Assembly (NCBI GenBank): GCA_963752255.1 | Contig: CAVVXT010000010.1 | Coordinates: forward strand, 32,001-96,000 | Length of the DNA: 64,000 bases | Direction of reading: 5' to 3' | Origin: Nitrososphaeria archaeon | GTDB lineage: Archaea > Thermoproteota > Nitrososphaeria > JACIWG01 | Made by a program: the position numbers and the translations under genes | The notes under the pieces: generated by a model | Database searches by the model: none | The model's input: only the letters and a program-made list of their open reading frames with translations | Told to the model about the DNA's origin: nothing | In this document: in pieces, positions 38,866 through 49,907 of the stretch | Layout of the letters: every line of letters starts with the position of its first letter | How positions within the stretch are numbered: position 1 is the stretch's first letter

Positions 38866-40782
38866 TCACCCTTTTGATAGTTGTGCGAAATAGTATCCTG
38901 TAGTTGCAGTTGCAGCATTATATACGAAACCCTTTACCCATGTTCTCTGGACAGGATGCGCAAGACCTTGAAGAAGCCAACAGTAAACAGAGTCGTTGTT
39001 TATGGTATTGACGATCTGGTTTAGCATCACCTGTCTTTGTGCTGGGTCTGTCTGTCTTGACTGACTATTAATCAAATCAGTCAATTGTGTATTATTGTAG
39101 CCAGTTTCTAATGGAAATGCTCCGTAATTGGCGCCAAATGGAATGACGTAGTCATCTGCATCTATATAATCAGGTGCCCAACCGACTAGAAAGACTGGTA
39201 ATGCACGGTGTTGTGATTTAGCAAGGAATGATGGCCAGTCAAGTGGTACAACATCTATTGTTAGACCTACATGAAGTCCGTTTATCGCACTTGCCATAAG
39301 AAGTGCAGCCTTTTCTCTTACAACGTTGCCGCTATTGTAGTACATTACGATTGATTGTGTGTTATTTGGGCCGAAACCGTCATCTGGGCCAGCTGCCAGA
39401 AGCAGTGCCTTTGCCTTTGTTAAGTTGTATTCTTGTATGGGTATTGCCGGATTATATCCGGACATCCCTGCTGGAATTGGGCCGTTTGGTCGGACTGCAA
39501 AATTCTTCTCGATATCCGTGAGAAATGTATTTTCGTCAAATGCGTATACAAAAGCCTGTCTTACCCTAACATCTGAGAACGGTTGGAAGGTCAATAGTTT
39601 TCCTGTAACGTCGTCCTTTACCTTCTGGTTGAACATTATACCGTCGATGGTAAATGTGGCATATGGCCCCAAGACTTTGACCTTGTCCGCGATACTTGAC
39701 TTCACGACTATCGTTGAATTGGTTAACCACTGGTTTATGTCTATTATCTGATCTATGTAGGTGTTGTCTATAGCTGCGACGTCAGCGCTTCCACTTAGAA
39801 GGTCTAGAATTCTTGTGTTCTCATCGTCAATGCCTTTGATTATAACTGTCTTTAGTACCGGGTGAACTGTTCCATTTGGTCCACCCCAGTAATTGTCGTT
39901 TCTTATAAGTGTGACGACGAGAGGCTCCCATGACTGATATATGTAGGGGCCTGTTCCTGCGGGTGTTACATCCTTCGGGTGGTCCATCCAATCATTGTGT
40001 GCGCCTATCGTTATACCTCCATGAGCCTCAACATATGTAGGGGACACGATAGAACAAACCTGGAATGCCAGTACGAACACCCATGGCGCGTAAGGATAGT
40101 CCAAGTGGAATACGACCGTGTTATCGTTGGGTACTTCAATTGGCTTTGTATTCAACCATGCTGTCACCTGCGCCTGTGTGGCGTTGCCACCTTGTATTGT
40201 GGACATAATATCTGCAGTGCCTCTCAGTGGTCCTAACATCCAGGCAGGACCGTTTGGATCTGCTATGATTATTGCTCTTGTGATAGAGTAGTTGACGGCT
40301 TGTGCGTTGAAAGGTGTACCATCTTGGAACTTTATTCCTTGTCGAAGTGTAAAGGTGTAGGTCATACCATCAGGGGATACTGTGTAACTTTGAGCCAGCC
40401 ATGGCACTACTTTGCTCGAGACATTTGTAGAGGGATTATACCACATAAGGGTTTCAAAGCAGTTCATCACAACTTCTCCACCAGCAGTTTCGTAATCGAC
40501 AGCAGGGTCGAAATATTGTGGTTCACCAATTGTCTCTTCGATAAATGTATCTGGATTCTGAGGTTTGGTTGATGTCGTTGTAGATGAAGTTGGCGATGCT
40601 GTTGTTGTCTTTGTTGCAGTAGTTGTTGCAGTAGTTGTTGCAGTAGTTGTTGCAGTAGTTGTTGCAGTAGTTGTGATCGTTGTTGTAGATGGTCCAGGTA
40701 GACTTAGAACAGCTATTGCACCAACTACAACTATGAGGACAACAATCGCAATTGCAACTATTGTTCTTGAAATTCCTCTCAT
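38866..40782 (-). CDS. dppA: Peptide ABC transporter substrate-binding protein (family 5)
   Basis: N-terminal anchor, Thr-rich linker, PWLAQSY.VSPDG..YTFTLRQGIKFQDGTPFNA, GTGPY and GWAPDY. Confidence 0.93.
   Translation of the reverse strand: MRGISRTIVAIAIVVLIVVVGAIAVLSLPGPSTTTITTTATTTATTTATTTATTTATKTTTASPTSSTTTSTKPQNPDTFIEETIGEPQYFDPAVDYETAGGEVVMNCFETLMWYNPSTNVSSKVVPWLAQSYTVSPDGMTYTFTLRQGIKFQDGTPFNAQAVNYSITRAIIIADPNGPAWMLGPLRGTADIMSTIQGGNATQAQVTAWLNTKPIEVPNDNTVVFHLDYPYAPWVFVLAFQVCSIVSPTYVEAHGGITIGAHNDWMDHPKDVTPAGTGPYIYQSWEPLVVTLIRNDNYWGGPNGTVHPVLKTVIIKGIDDENTRILDLLSGSADVAAIDNTYIDQIIDINQWLTNSTIVVKSSIADKVKVLGPYATFTIDGIMFNQKVKDDVTGKLLTFQPFSDVRVRQAFVYAFDENTFLTDIEKNFAVRPNGPIPAGMSGYNPAIPIQEYNLTKAKALLLAAGPDDGFGPNNTQSIVMYYNSGNVVREKAALLMASAINGLHVGLTIDVVPLDWPSFLAKSQHRALPVFLVGWAPDYIDADDYVIPFGANYGAFPLETGYNNTQLTDLINSQSRQTDPAQRQVMLNQIVNTINNDSVYCWLLQGLAHPVQRTWVKGFVYNAATATTGYYFAQLSKG
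40611..40674. repeat. 12-bp coding tandem repeat, 5 copies (TTAT)n linker
   Basis: ttgttgcagtag at 40611, 40623, 40635, 40647 and 40659. Confidence 0.95.
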
Positions 40783-41237
40783 TTTTTACTCCTTATCTTT
40801 TGTATGCGAATGTTTATTATATATAAACCTTACCCTACTTGTTCAGTTTTTTTACTTTTTTAGGATAAATGATGCTTCAAAATGAATTGATTTCGTATAT
40901 GTTGAATAAAATTTAATTACTGACATCATTTTTACAAATATTAATTAAAATCATGATATAGATATTGCAAAATATTTGAAATTAATAGAAATAGGTGCCC
41001 ACAAAGACGAATTACTTTCGTCATCTAGTTTATCATTCAACTGCATTCTTGGACGCTATGATTTAATTGGACTACCTCGAATTGTTAGCATTAAAATTGT
41101 CTTTTCTAAATAACATTTATTAGATTGACATAAAGAGGGACAAAGTATGTCTCAATCTTTTAAAGAGAGAGAGAATTTCTTCCCTTTTAGATTACATTAT
41201 CTTTTTTGTTTTACGATTAAAGGCGCTAGATAAAATA

Positions 41238-42260
41238 GTGAACATCATTATGGTTAACCTTTCAAAACCACATTCTAAAAAACTTATTATTTTGATCATA
41301 GTTAGTTGTATAATATTCATTTTAGTTATAGTACCATTTATTCCCGGCTCTGTAGGGAAGGTCTCTTTAAGTACGGTTCAAGAAAAACTCTATCCTGTCT
41401 ACACAAATAGTGGTTTCGAAGATTCGGTTGAAGAAACAGTGAACGGCTGGAACCTTTTAAACGGTTCAAAGCTGAGCAGGACGATTGTTTACGAAGGGGA
41501 CAATGCTATCAACATGACTCCTTCGAATCCCTCGATTATTCCTCAGATAATTTACGTAGGAAATAACGCGACGACAAGATACATTATTGGAGGAAACGTG
41601 ATAGCCTCCTTGGCTGTCAAGGCTTTAAATTCGCTCGATGGTTCAAACCCATCTTACTTGAATGTTGAATCGATAATCGTCTACAACGGACCAACAAACG
41701 TAACTACTTTCCTATTCAGCCTCGTATTATACAGGAATATGGCGAACGTAAGCGAGGGTGTGACATACAAAAATTACGGTATCATCGCATACAAAAATTT
41801 AGAAAATTCTGATGATTGGTTTGAATACTCCCTCCAAATGTCACAGATGACTGGTGCCTTTTCTGACTACCTTAGCAGATGGAAAGGTATAGACGCTAAA
41901 CCAACCGATAAATACGAGATGCTAGGCCTAAGCGTTTGGTGCGATAATCTTGTAGCCTATGTCGACGACGCATCAATTTACTTGATCGAACCGGAATGGA
42001 TAATTGCCACAATGAAATCTAACTCCATTATACCCATGAACGTGTTCTTGTCCGACGTCAAAATAAACGGGAGCACACCTACACAATTTTACACAAAGCC
42101 TAACCTTGTGACACCCTTTTCGACATTTGACCTCTACACCTTTGTTCCGTATACACCTATGAATGGTTCCGTAAACATTGTAACAGTTCGATTTGGAACA
42201 GGGCAAACAATTCAATTCCAGTTCAAAGAGGAGACTAGAAGAGTATGGTTAATTCTGTAA
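41238..42260 (+). CDS. Membrane-anchored extracellular hypothetical protein
   Basis: N-terminal TM, NSGFE motif typical of carbohydrate-binding-like beta-sandwiches, many NxS/T sequons; overlaps the signal peptidase start. Confidence 0.7.
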   Translation: MNIIMVNLSKPHSKKLIILIIVSCIIFILVIVPFIPGSVGKVSLSTVQEKLYPVYTNSGFEDSVEETVNGWNLLNGSKLSRTIVYEGDNAINMTPSNPSIIPQIIYVGNNATTRYIIGGNVIASLAVKALNSLDGSNPSYLNVESIIVYNGPTNVTTFLFSLVLYRNMANVSEGVTYKNYGIIAYKNLENSDDWFEYSLQMSQMTGAFSDYLSRWKGIDAKPTDKYEMLGLSVWCDNLVAYVDDASIYLIEPEWIIATMKSNSIIPMNVFLSDVKINGSTPTQFYTKPNLVTPFSTFDLYTFVPYTPMNGSVNIVTVRFGTGQTIQFQFKEETRRVWLIL

Positions 42261-42775
42261 AAAAGCATAGGAAAAAAATTGAAATCGCTGAAGACGTCGT
42301 TATTGTAGTCCTATTTATATCCCTTGCAATACTTCTAGTAAATGTTGCATTTGGGAACTCGCCATTCTGGTATGTCGAAGGAATCAGTATGCACCCTACC
42401 CTAGAAAATGGGGACCTTATCATAATAGTTAGAACACCTTTTGACAACTTAAAGATAGGAGACATTATTGTCTATTACAGCCACATCTATAACTTCAGGA
42501 TCGTGCATCGAATAATAGAAATAAGTAATTACAACGGCGATAAGATTTTAATAACTAAAGGTGACAACAATCTAGGACCAGACCCTTCATATATAACAAG
42601 GGACGATTACGTTGGAAAATATACTGGGATAAGAATCCCATATGTTGGTTTCCTTTATCAAGCTCTAGCGCCTCCTGTGAACTATTTTATAATAGCCATT
42701 CTTGTAATATACTTGATATACATTGACTTATACAAGCCCCTAAGAAATAAGGAAAACGCTTCTAAGGCTTCGTGA
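42245..42775 (+). CDS. sec11: Signal peptidase I (archaeal SEC11 type)
   Basis: SMHPTL..GD, IVHRI and TKGDNN. Confidence 0.93.
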   Translation: MVNSVKKHRKKIEIAEDVVIVVLFISLAILLVNVAFGNSPFWYVEGISMHPTLENGDLIIIVRTPFDNLKIGDIIVYYSHIYNFRIVHRIIEISNYNGDKILITKGDNNLGPDPSYITRDDYVGKYTGIRIPYVGFLYQALAPPVNYFIIAILVIYLIYIDLYKPLRNKENASKAS

Positions 42776-42869
42776 GTTTAATTAAAAATATTAATGATAA
42801 GTCGAAAGCAAAAGATGGGGTTTATAAACTCTTTTATATAGCTAGTTTAAATATGTTTAATGAGAAGTA

Positions 42870-43430
42870 ATGTCTAAGGGAAAACGAATTGTCAGCATCG
42901 AAAATGTTGTTGCTTCAGCTTCCGTTAATCAAAACATAAATCTAATAGAAATCACAAGAAGGTTTACAAATGTTGAATACAGACCGGACCAGTTCCCAGG
43001 ATTAGTCTTCAGACTTAAAACACCTAAAACAGCTACGTTAATTTTTAGTTCCGGAAAGATGGTTTGCACAGGTGGAAAGTCTGAGGAGCAAGCTTTCAAA
43101 GCTGTTCACATGGTCGCTAAAATGCTCAAGGAGGGGGGAATAGAAATTACAAATGAGCCTGTAATAGAGATACAGAATATTGTGGCATCTGCCAGTTTAG
43201 GTGGGAGAGTAGACTTAGAAGAGGCAGCAAGGAAGCTTCCTAGATCTATGTATGAGCCTGAACAATTCCCTGGTCTAATACACAGAATGCTTAAACCTAA
43301 GACGGTTATACTACTTTTTGCAAGCGGAAAGCTCGTTTGCACTGGAGCGAAGAAGGAGCAAGAGGTTTATGAAGCCGTCTCTAACCTGCACCAGACCCTT
43401 GAGGAGCTTGCCTTAATGGTTTATCAATAA
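42870..43430 (+). CDS. tbp: TATA-box binding protein
   Basis: Two repeats of NVVAS/NIVAS, Y.P.QFPGL and F.SGK.VCTG. Confidence 0.98.
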   Translation: MSKGKRIVSIENVVASASVNQNINLIEITRRFTNVEYRPDQFPGLVFRLKTPKTATLIFSSGKMVCTGGKSEEQAFKAVHMVAKMLKEGGIEITNEPVIEIQNIVASASLGGRVDLEEAARKLPRSMYEPEQFPGLIHRMLKPKTVILLFASGKLVCTGAKKEQEVYEAVSNLHQTLEELALMVYQ

Positions 43431-43530
43431 TAAAATTCCAAATAATTATCCCTTTTTCTTCACACAGCGTTATATGTTATATGAGATGACCCAGAATAAA
43501 TTTTAAGAATTACTCTTTTTACCGCATAGA

Positions 43531-44160
43531 CTATTTCAGACCTATCTGTTTTAGAACCGCAGTATACTCCTCTTCATTTATGACGTCGTTGGTATATAGT
43601 TCTTTTGTAAGTTCCGTTACTTTGGCGACATAGTGAATATTAACACCTAACTTCTTAAGATTCTCGATTCCACCTTCCTCTCTGTCTACAAGAACAATTG
43701 AATCGTCTATTTCACATCCTTCAGCAGAGATCTTTTCCTTTGAATTAATAAGAGAAGAACCGGTCGTTATGAGGTCGTCTACAAGAAGCACTCGATCGCC
43801 TGGTTTTATCAGACCTTCAATGTTTCTTTGTGTGCCGTGCTGCCTAGCTTCTTTCCTTATATATATAAGAGGCTTCTCCAAAAATACGGCTATTACAGAA
43901 GCAAAGACAAGACCCGAAGTTGGTATACCGCATATGATATCGAACTTTGATAAACCTATTTCTTTCACTATGCTCTTACAATACATATCTATGATACTTT
44001 TGAAGATTGGAGGATAACTTGGTACCAGTCTAAGATCGATGTAGTAGCTGCTCATCTTTCCACTGGTTAACGTGAAAACACCAAATTTCAAAGCTTGAGT
44101 CTTGACAAGAGATTTAGCAAGTTCCCTAACAAATGAAGACTTTTCTATTTCCCAGCTCAT
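43531..44160 (-). CDS. pyrE: Orotate phosphoribosyltransferase
   Basis: FTLTSGKMSSYYIDLR, RKEARQHG and VDDLITTG. Confidence 0.95.
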   Translation of the reverse strand: MSWEIEKSSFVRELAKSLVKTQALKFGVFTLTSGKMSSYYIDLRLVPSYPPIFKSIIDMYCKSIVKEIGLSKFDIICGIPTSGLVFASVIAVFLEKPLIYIRKEARQHGTQRNIEGLIKPGDRVLLVDDLITTGSSLINSKEKISAEGCEIDDSIVLVDREEGGIENLKKLGVNIHYVAKVTELTKELYTNDVINEEEYTAVLKQIGLK

Positions 44161-44807
44161 ACTTCCACCACCGTTTCTATATCCTTAGGTATTATTTGAA
44201 CCCTGACCCTAGGATCTTTTGCTTCGACAAGAGATTTAAAATCACTAAATCTAGTACCATGGATTGGTATCGCAATCTTTGACTGAATGATATGAACCAT
44301 TTCACTTGCACTTTTTGGAGAAGCACCGGGAGCGATTCCTATCGGAACAAAGATTAGGTCAACATTTAGCTTTGCTATCTGCGAATGTTCTCCGGCGACG
44401 AGAGAATCACTAGCGTAAAAAATTCTTGTACCATCATAGTATTCAATAAGGTAAGTAACAGGGTTGACAGCTGGGTGCACGCTCTTATATGCGGTCACAA
44501 TAATTTTGGAGTCTTTGAAAACATCCCAAGGCTTCATGGTCCTTAACCTTTCCCTTGGGATATATTTTTTTAGTCTGCTACCTGATTCGATATCTGCTAA
44601 TACCATCGGGGAGTACGTTGAGAGATCGTTGACAAGCCTAATATCGAGGTGATCTGAGTGCTCATGGGAAATTAGTATATAATCTACTTCACCAATTGTT
44701 GATGAAGGTACAAGATAGGGGTCTATAACCAAATTGACGTTGTTATAGGTTATTTTCAATCCAGAGTATTCATTAAACCAAAGCACTTTGATGATCTTTT
44801 TGACCAT
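44157..44807 (-). CDS. MBL-fold metallohydrolase
   Basis: IDPY, SHEHSDH and IPIH. Confidence 0.88.
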   Translation of the reverse strand: MVKKIIKVLWFNEYSGLKITYNNVNLVIDPYLVPSSTIGEVDYILISHEHSDHLDIRLVNDLSTYSPMVLADIESGSRLKKYIPRERLRTMKPWDVFKDSKIIVTAYKSVHPAVNPVTYLIEYYDGTRIFYASDSLVAGEHSQIAKLNVDLIFVPIGIAPGASPKSASEMVHIIQSKIAIPIHGTRFSDFKSLVEAKDPRVRVQIIPKDIETVVEV

Positions 44808-44911
44808 ACGACACAGGATACGTTAAACCCAAGATAAAGACTTTTAAAAAAAGAATTTTGAGAAAGAACAAGAATATATTTACAAGCTCATCATGGTTGA
44901 TGGAGAAGAAG

Positions 44912-46057
44912 ATGCCTGAAGTTTGGTTAAAATATGGTAAAGTCGAGGTGGCTCTGGAGATTCAAAGGGAGAGGCTTGGGCAAGTTATAGAAGATCCACT
45001 TCCTAGTATAGAAATAGAACAAATAGAAAAGGAACTTCAGCCCTTAAAGGAGGATAAGGAAATCAACTTGCTCGTTGGAGACTTTGAGACGTCAACCATA
45101 CAGTTTTTGCAATATCTCGCAAACTATCTTGGAGCAGCCAAGGTCAATATTTATTCAAGTGATCAAATTCTAAAGCAGCTTAAGAAAAGCCTTAAGGATT
45201 TACTTTATTCATTCCTGAAAATCGAAGAAGAAAGGTTTCCTGTAGGCATCGTTGATGGCGTTCCATTAAAGCTTCCAGCCATCCTCTCAAAGACCAACCT
45301 CTATTTGATTTCTTCAGTTGGATACAGCCCTCTATTTGGGTTTTCAGGTGGGTCTACATGTCTGCTGGCATTTTGTGGAGACGATTTAAAATATGAAGCA
45401 ATAAAAAGAGAGACTGAGCTAAAGCCTAATTCGGGTAAAGAAACATCGGCCGGATGGTTTGCTAATCGAGTTTCTGAAGAAGTAAGCGGATTAAAGGGTG
45501 TTGAGATTCTTCCCGGAAGCAGCGGGTTTAGTAAAATTTTCTTAGGAAATGTCCAAGAAGTACACAAGATAGCTAGCCAAGAACTCTTAAAGTATTCAAT
45601 GAAAAAGGTTAGTTCTAAGGTTTCACTCGCCATTGTAGCACCTGGTGAAGAAGAAAAATGTCGAACTTTAGATCTTTCACTTAATTCGTTATGGAACGTT
45701 CTTCAAGCAATGGAAGAAGGATCCACTATTATTTTATTGTCAGAAGCGATTGAAAGTCTCGGATCAGAAGCACTGTCAAGATATGTTTACACAGGATTAG
45801 ACATAAAAGACTTGTTAAAGAGAGGACCGTATTTGGAAGGACTTGAAAATCTTTATTATTTATCAGATATTAAAACTAAGTACGACCTAGGATTTCTGAC
45901 AACACTTCCTAAAGCACTAATTGAAAAAAGACTTGGTTTCAAAAGCTTCCTTACGGGCAACTCTACGGTAGATTATCTTGTAGAAAAAAGTGGGGATAAA
46001 AAGAAGAAGATCACGATAGTTACAAGAGGGGATAAAAGTCTTCTAACAGGGGTCTAG
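44912..46057 (+). CDS. LarA/DUF2088-like protein (divergent)
   Basis: EVWLKYG start, FGFSGG and EG.TIILLSE...LG patterns; start taken at ATG 44912. Confidence 0.65.
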   Translation: MPEVWLKYGKVEVALEIQRERLGQVIEDPLPSIEIEQIEKELQPLKEDKEINLLVGDFETSTIQFLQYLANYLGAAKVNIYSSDQILKQLKKSLKDLLYSFLKIEEERFPVGIVDGVPLKLPAILSKTNLYLISSVGYSPLFGFSGGSTCLLAFCGDDLKYEAIKRETELKPNSGKETSAGWFANRVSEEVSGLKGVEILPGSSGFSKIFLGNVQEVHKIASQELLKYSMKKVSSKVSLAIVAPGEEEKCRTLDLSLNSLWNVLQAMEEGSTIILLSEAIESLGSEALSRYVYTGLDIKDLLKRGPYLEGLENLYYLSDIKTKYDLGFLTTLPKALIEKRLGFKSFLTGNSTVDYLVEKSGDKKKKITIVTRGDKSLLTGV

Positions 46058-47167
46058 ATCGGTATCGGCGCGCAAAGAATGACGACAGCTATCATAAGGA
46101 CGAAAACAATCTTTCTTGATCTTGATAACGGTGAAATTTCATCTAAAGGTCTTATATTGCTTTGACTAGAAGAGAAGAATAGAACCAGAAGCGCCATGAG
46201 CAAAAACCCAAAGATCGCCATTATAATTGCTGATAAAAAAGTGGCAATCGTTTGTTGCCTTCCTGAGAGAACACTGCGGGCCATGTGACCGCCATCAAGT
46301 TGCCATGCGGGTAGCGTATTCAGGAATGTTATAAGAAAACCGAACCATGCAGCGTAAGCTATAGGGGACATGATGACTACAACCTCTTGTGAAATAGAGA
46401 CTTTACCTAGGCATGGTCATCATCAAATTCATCAACAAAGGAATATTAGTAACTGTGACTTGATTGGAACCGAATAAACTATTAAACGTACTTAGAGGAA
46501 GAGTAACAGAAGACAACACACCAAAAACTCCAACCAGTGTAGTAGTAATGAAACCAGCAAGAGGACCGAAAAGACCGATATCAAATTGTATGTCTCGATT
46601 AGGCATCGGATCCGTGGCAAAGATGACTGCACCGAAAGTTGGAATCCCTGTACCTGGTATACCTGGGATGAAATAAGGAAGTGTAGATGCCATTCGATGC
46701 CGCCTTGCCATTAGAAGGTGACCTAGCTCGTGGAGACCAAGGATTCCTACGAATGCGAGTACATAGGACAGTGTTACAATGATAGGGTTCGATTCTGGAA
46801 AGATTTTCAGATCTATCGCCGAAGAAGCTCTTAACCAACCGTCAACCAATAAGGAAACTATTGTAGCACCAAAAAGAGCTAAAGCTATCTTGACGCTGTA
46901 CTTTTTTTTCTTCACAAAAGGTGCAACGTATAAAGTGAGGAAGTCGCCTTCTTTTCTTAGTATTGGAACGTACATTCTCTCATGCAAGAAACTGCATAGT
47001 CCAAGAAACTTATCCTTTGTATCTTTCTCCAATAAAAGTTTATATTCAATAGCACCATCGGAATGAACATATGAGTCGAGAACAGTGAAGTTCTTTTTGA
47101 CTTCATTTGTTATCTCTTCAAAAGTCGCCACGTTCGACGGCCCAATATTCTCCATCTGAGGAGGCAT
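46054..47167 (-). CDS. M50 site-2 protease, split by one extra base near 46410
   Basis: HELGH, GLFGPLAG and NTLPAWQLDGGH; the two ORFs join via MLGKVSISQEVVVIMSP if one base is removed. Confidence 0.9.
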
Positions 47168-47216
47168 GAAGTATCGAACTTTAAAACTTATCTATAATAT
47201 CGTTCATGGCGTATAT

Positions 47217-47714
47217 GTGCAAATATTTATCCCCCAAGAATACAGTATGAGGAAGGCCAGAGAAGAGGATATCGACGGCGTCGTTTACGTTAACAGCGAA
47301 GCACTCCCTGAACACTACACACTTTCATTTTATAATTCTATTTTGACAACTAATCCAGACACCTTCTTGGTTGTAGATTACAATGGTAGAATAGTAGCAT
47401 ACCATATGGGTAGAATTGAATATGGTTTTTCATTAAAAGGAAAGAAGTTGTTCATAAAAAAAGGGCATGTCATTTCTATCGCTGTACTCGAAGAGTATAG
47501 AAAAAAGAGTTTAGGGAGCGCCTTAATGCAGATGGCATTAGACCAGTTTAGTAAAAACGGCTGTGAAATATCATTTCTTGAAGTGAGAACCTCAAACGAA
47601 AACGCAATAAATATCTATAAAAAAAATGGCTACAACATAACAGAACGAATTAAGGGATACTATAATGACGGAGAAGATGCCTACGTCATGGAAAAAAAGC
47701 TTCTAAAACAATAA
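47217..47714 (+). CDS. N-terminal acetyltransferase, Ard1/RimI family
   Basis: LPEHY, GHVISIAVLEEYR..SLG, LEVRTSN..A..IY and YY.DGEDAYVM; start uncertain (GTG 47217 chosen). Confidence 0.92.
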   Translation: MQIFIPQEYSMRKAREEDIDGVVYVNSEALPEHYTLSFYNSILTTNPDTFLVVDYNGRIVAYHMGRIEYGFSLKGKKLFIKKGHVISIAVLEEYRKKSLGSALMQMALDQFSKNGCEISFLEVRTSNENAINIYKKNGYNITERIKGYYNDGEDAYVMEKKLLKQ

Positions 47715-48318
47715 TTAAGAAAGATTATAATATGTAACAGAAAAGAGGATTAATTTTTGTGCCAGAATATTCTAAATTTTAATGATTCTGCACATTTTTC
47801 AGACTGAATTATCCTTTTTTTGGACTAAGTATTTGTAGTTTAAAATTTGTCCTCAACAATTCGAAGTGACCAAGGACGCATTAGTCTTTCAAAAGATAGA
47901 CTTTCACGAATAGAACGTTGGTATTAAAATGAGTTAAGCCAGCCTGTTAATATCATTTAAACATGCCATTTGTCCAAATCAAATTTTAAAACCATTTAGA
48001 GCAACATTATTAATCTTGATGCTTTAAAATCTCTATTTCGTTTCTTGAATTGGGATAAAGTAGACAATTACTGATGACAGCACTTGTAAAGATAAAAACG
48101 GCACCATTAGTATTTCTTTAACTTTAAGACAGAGATATAAAGTATGGGAGTGAAGTCTAATAGAATTTGAGTTATCAGATGAGGCCATTAAAATCAAGTT
48201 AATACAAAAATTTTTTTAGTTAATTAAATTTATTAACAAAGTTAGAATCCGTATACACTTTGTTAAAGAAAAAGTTGATTATAAACAATTTTTATATTTG
48301 CCTTGCTTTGCTTATAGC

Positions 48319-48615
48319 ATGGAAGATGCTTTAAAGAATAGGATAGAAAAAGCGCTTGAGAAGGTCTACGACCCTGAAATTGGTGTTCCTATCACAGAGA
48401 TGAAACTTGTCGATAAAATCGTTATAGAAGGGGAAAATATAACCGTAGAATATCACCTTTCAATGCCCTATTGTCCACCTATGTTTGCAATAAAAATAGG
48501 TCAAGATATAAAGAAGACAATTTCAAAATTGGAAGGTGTGAAGTCTGTAAAAGCAATTTTGAAGAACCATTACCTTGCTAATCAAATAACAGAGATGGTG
48601 AATAAAGAAGAGTAA
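48319..48615 (+). CDS. DUF59 (SufT/MIP18-like) Fe-S assembly protein
   Basis: VYDPEIG and LSMPYCP. Confidence 0.9.
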   Translation: MEDALKNRIEKALEKVYDPEIGVPITEMKLVDKIVIEGENITVEYHLSMPYCPPMFAIKIGQDIKKTISKLEGVKSVKAILKNHYLANQITEMVNKEE

Positions 48616-48778
48616 TTTTCCATTACTATAGTATGTTTTTTAGTATTTCCAGCTATAACACTAAATCCATTCAAAAAATGTTAAGCATTAAAACATTAAA
48701 TAAGATACTATTCACATTGATCATTATACATTCAAAAATAGATAAGTTAATGCAATAGAAAATGTTTATAAAATAAAA

Positions 48779-49060
48779 TCAGATCGCTAGACCAAAGTTC
48801 TTTGCAAATTCAGAAAAGTCTTTGTATACATTAAGATATTCTAGACCAGCCGGTGTAATCTTATACTTTGTAAACTTCTCCATTCTGATCTCTTCAATCA
48901 GACCAACACTAACGAGTTCGGTGATGATCTTGATTGCGCGAATATAGGAAAGGTTGGCTTTCCGCATTAACTGAGCTATACCAATACCGTCTTGATGCCC
49001 ATCTTTAACTGCAAAAAGTACATCAGAAACGATATGGACTTGGTTGCGATAGCTCATCAT
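48779..49060 (-). CDS. Winged-helix transcription regulator
   Basis: YRNQVHIVSDVL...LMRKANLSY...YKITPAG.EYL pattern. Confidence 0.88.
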   Translation of the reverse strand: MMSYRNQVHIVSDVLFAVKDGHQDGIGIAQLMRKANLSYIRAIKIITELVSVGLIEEIRMEKFTKYKITPAGLEYLNVYKDFSEFAKNFGLAI

Positions 49061-49669
49061 CTACGATTTAGCACCTCTATAATATATCCATATCGGAAGA
49101 GAAAATGCGACAATACCTATTATTTGGAAAACTAAAGAGAAAATTTGATAAAAAAAAGGGTTGTAAACAAATTCAGCAAGCCAACTTAAAACTGATTGAG
49201 CCGCAAAACCTATTAAACCCAATGCAGTTATTAAAACAATCTTAGACCTGTTCATGGAATATGAAATCAGAGTTTCTAGGGTAGCGTAGAATATAAAGAA
49301 AATGGAAAGAGCTTTAAATGCAGCAATGGGATTGAATATGAATAAAGAGAGACTCGCAACCTTTTTTTCTTGTGAGACTTTAACCATATGAGAAAATGCT
49401 ATAAAGAAAAAGCCCATCATTTCGAAGAAAGAGGCACCTATGTGAAGGTAGTTATAAAAAACGGTAAATCCGAAGATTACAAGAAAATCCGCAAAAAATT
49501 GTAGGAAGAAGTTAACTGAGAGGCTTGCAAAAGCAAGGGAAAGCCTCGCGAAAACTGACCTCTTGGTTTCTGAAAAACCTTTGTAGGAAACAAACAGTAC
49601 TGATATAGCCATCACTAAAGCAATTACTTCCAGGACTATCTTTGACTCCTCATACATTACTACGGTCAA
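49061..49669 (-). CDS. Polytopic membrane protein (6-7 TM)
   Basis: Consecutive hydrophobic segments; stop abuts the wHTH start. Confidence 0.75.
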   Translation of the reverse strand: MTVVMYEESKIVLEVIALVMAISVLFVSYKGFSETKRSVFARLSLAFASLSVNFFLQFFADFLVIFGFTVFYNYLHIGASFFEMMGFFFIAFSHMVKVSQEKKVASLSLFIFNPIAAFKALSIFFIFYATLETLISYSMNRSKIVLITALGLIGFAAQSVLSWLAEFVYNPFFYQIFSLVFQIIGIVAFSLPIWIYYRGAKS

Positions 49670-49907
49670 TCAACCTTTCCTATGACGGATTGTAGTTATT
49701 AACTTAATTAATAAAGTGTGAATAAAAGTTAAGCCAGAATACAAAAGTTTTTATTCAAAGAAAGTGTTTAAAAAAAATATTATCTATGAGTTTGAGAATA
49801 AGTTAAAAGTTAGGAAAATTAGGTTTTACATAGATCTTTTATAATAGTAGGGTATTATTTCAAAAATTTAAATACGCCTTATAAGATATTCTGCCTAGAG
49901 GCAAATT

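Noticed and set aside
40611-40674. 12-bp repeat as a regulatory or mobile feature
   Set aside because: Encodes the ordinary Thr-rich linker of an archaeal solute-binding protein.
48616-48643. TACTATAGTA palindrome also seen at 7889-7898
   Set aside because: A short AT-rich palindrome right after a stop codon; no second repeat at spacer distance.
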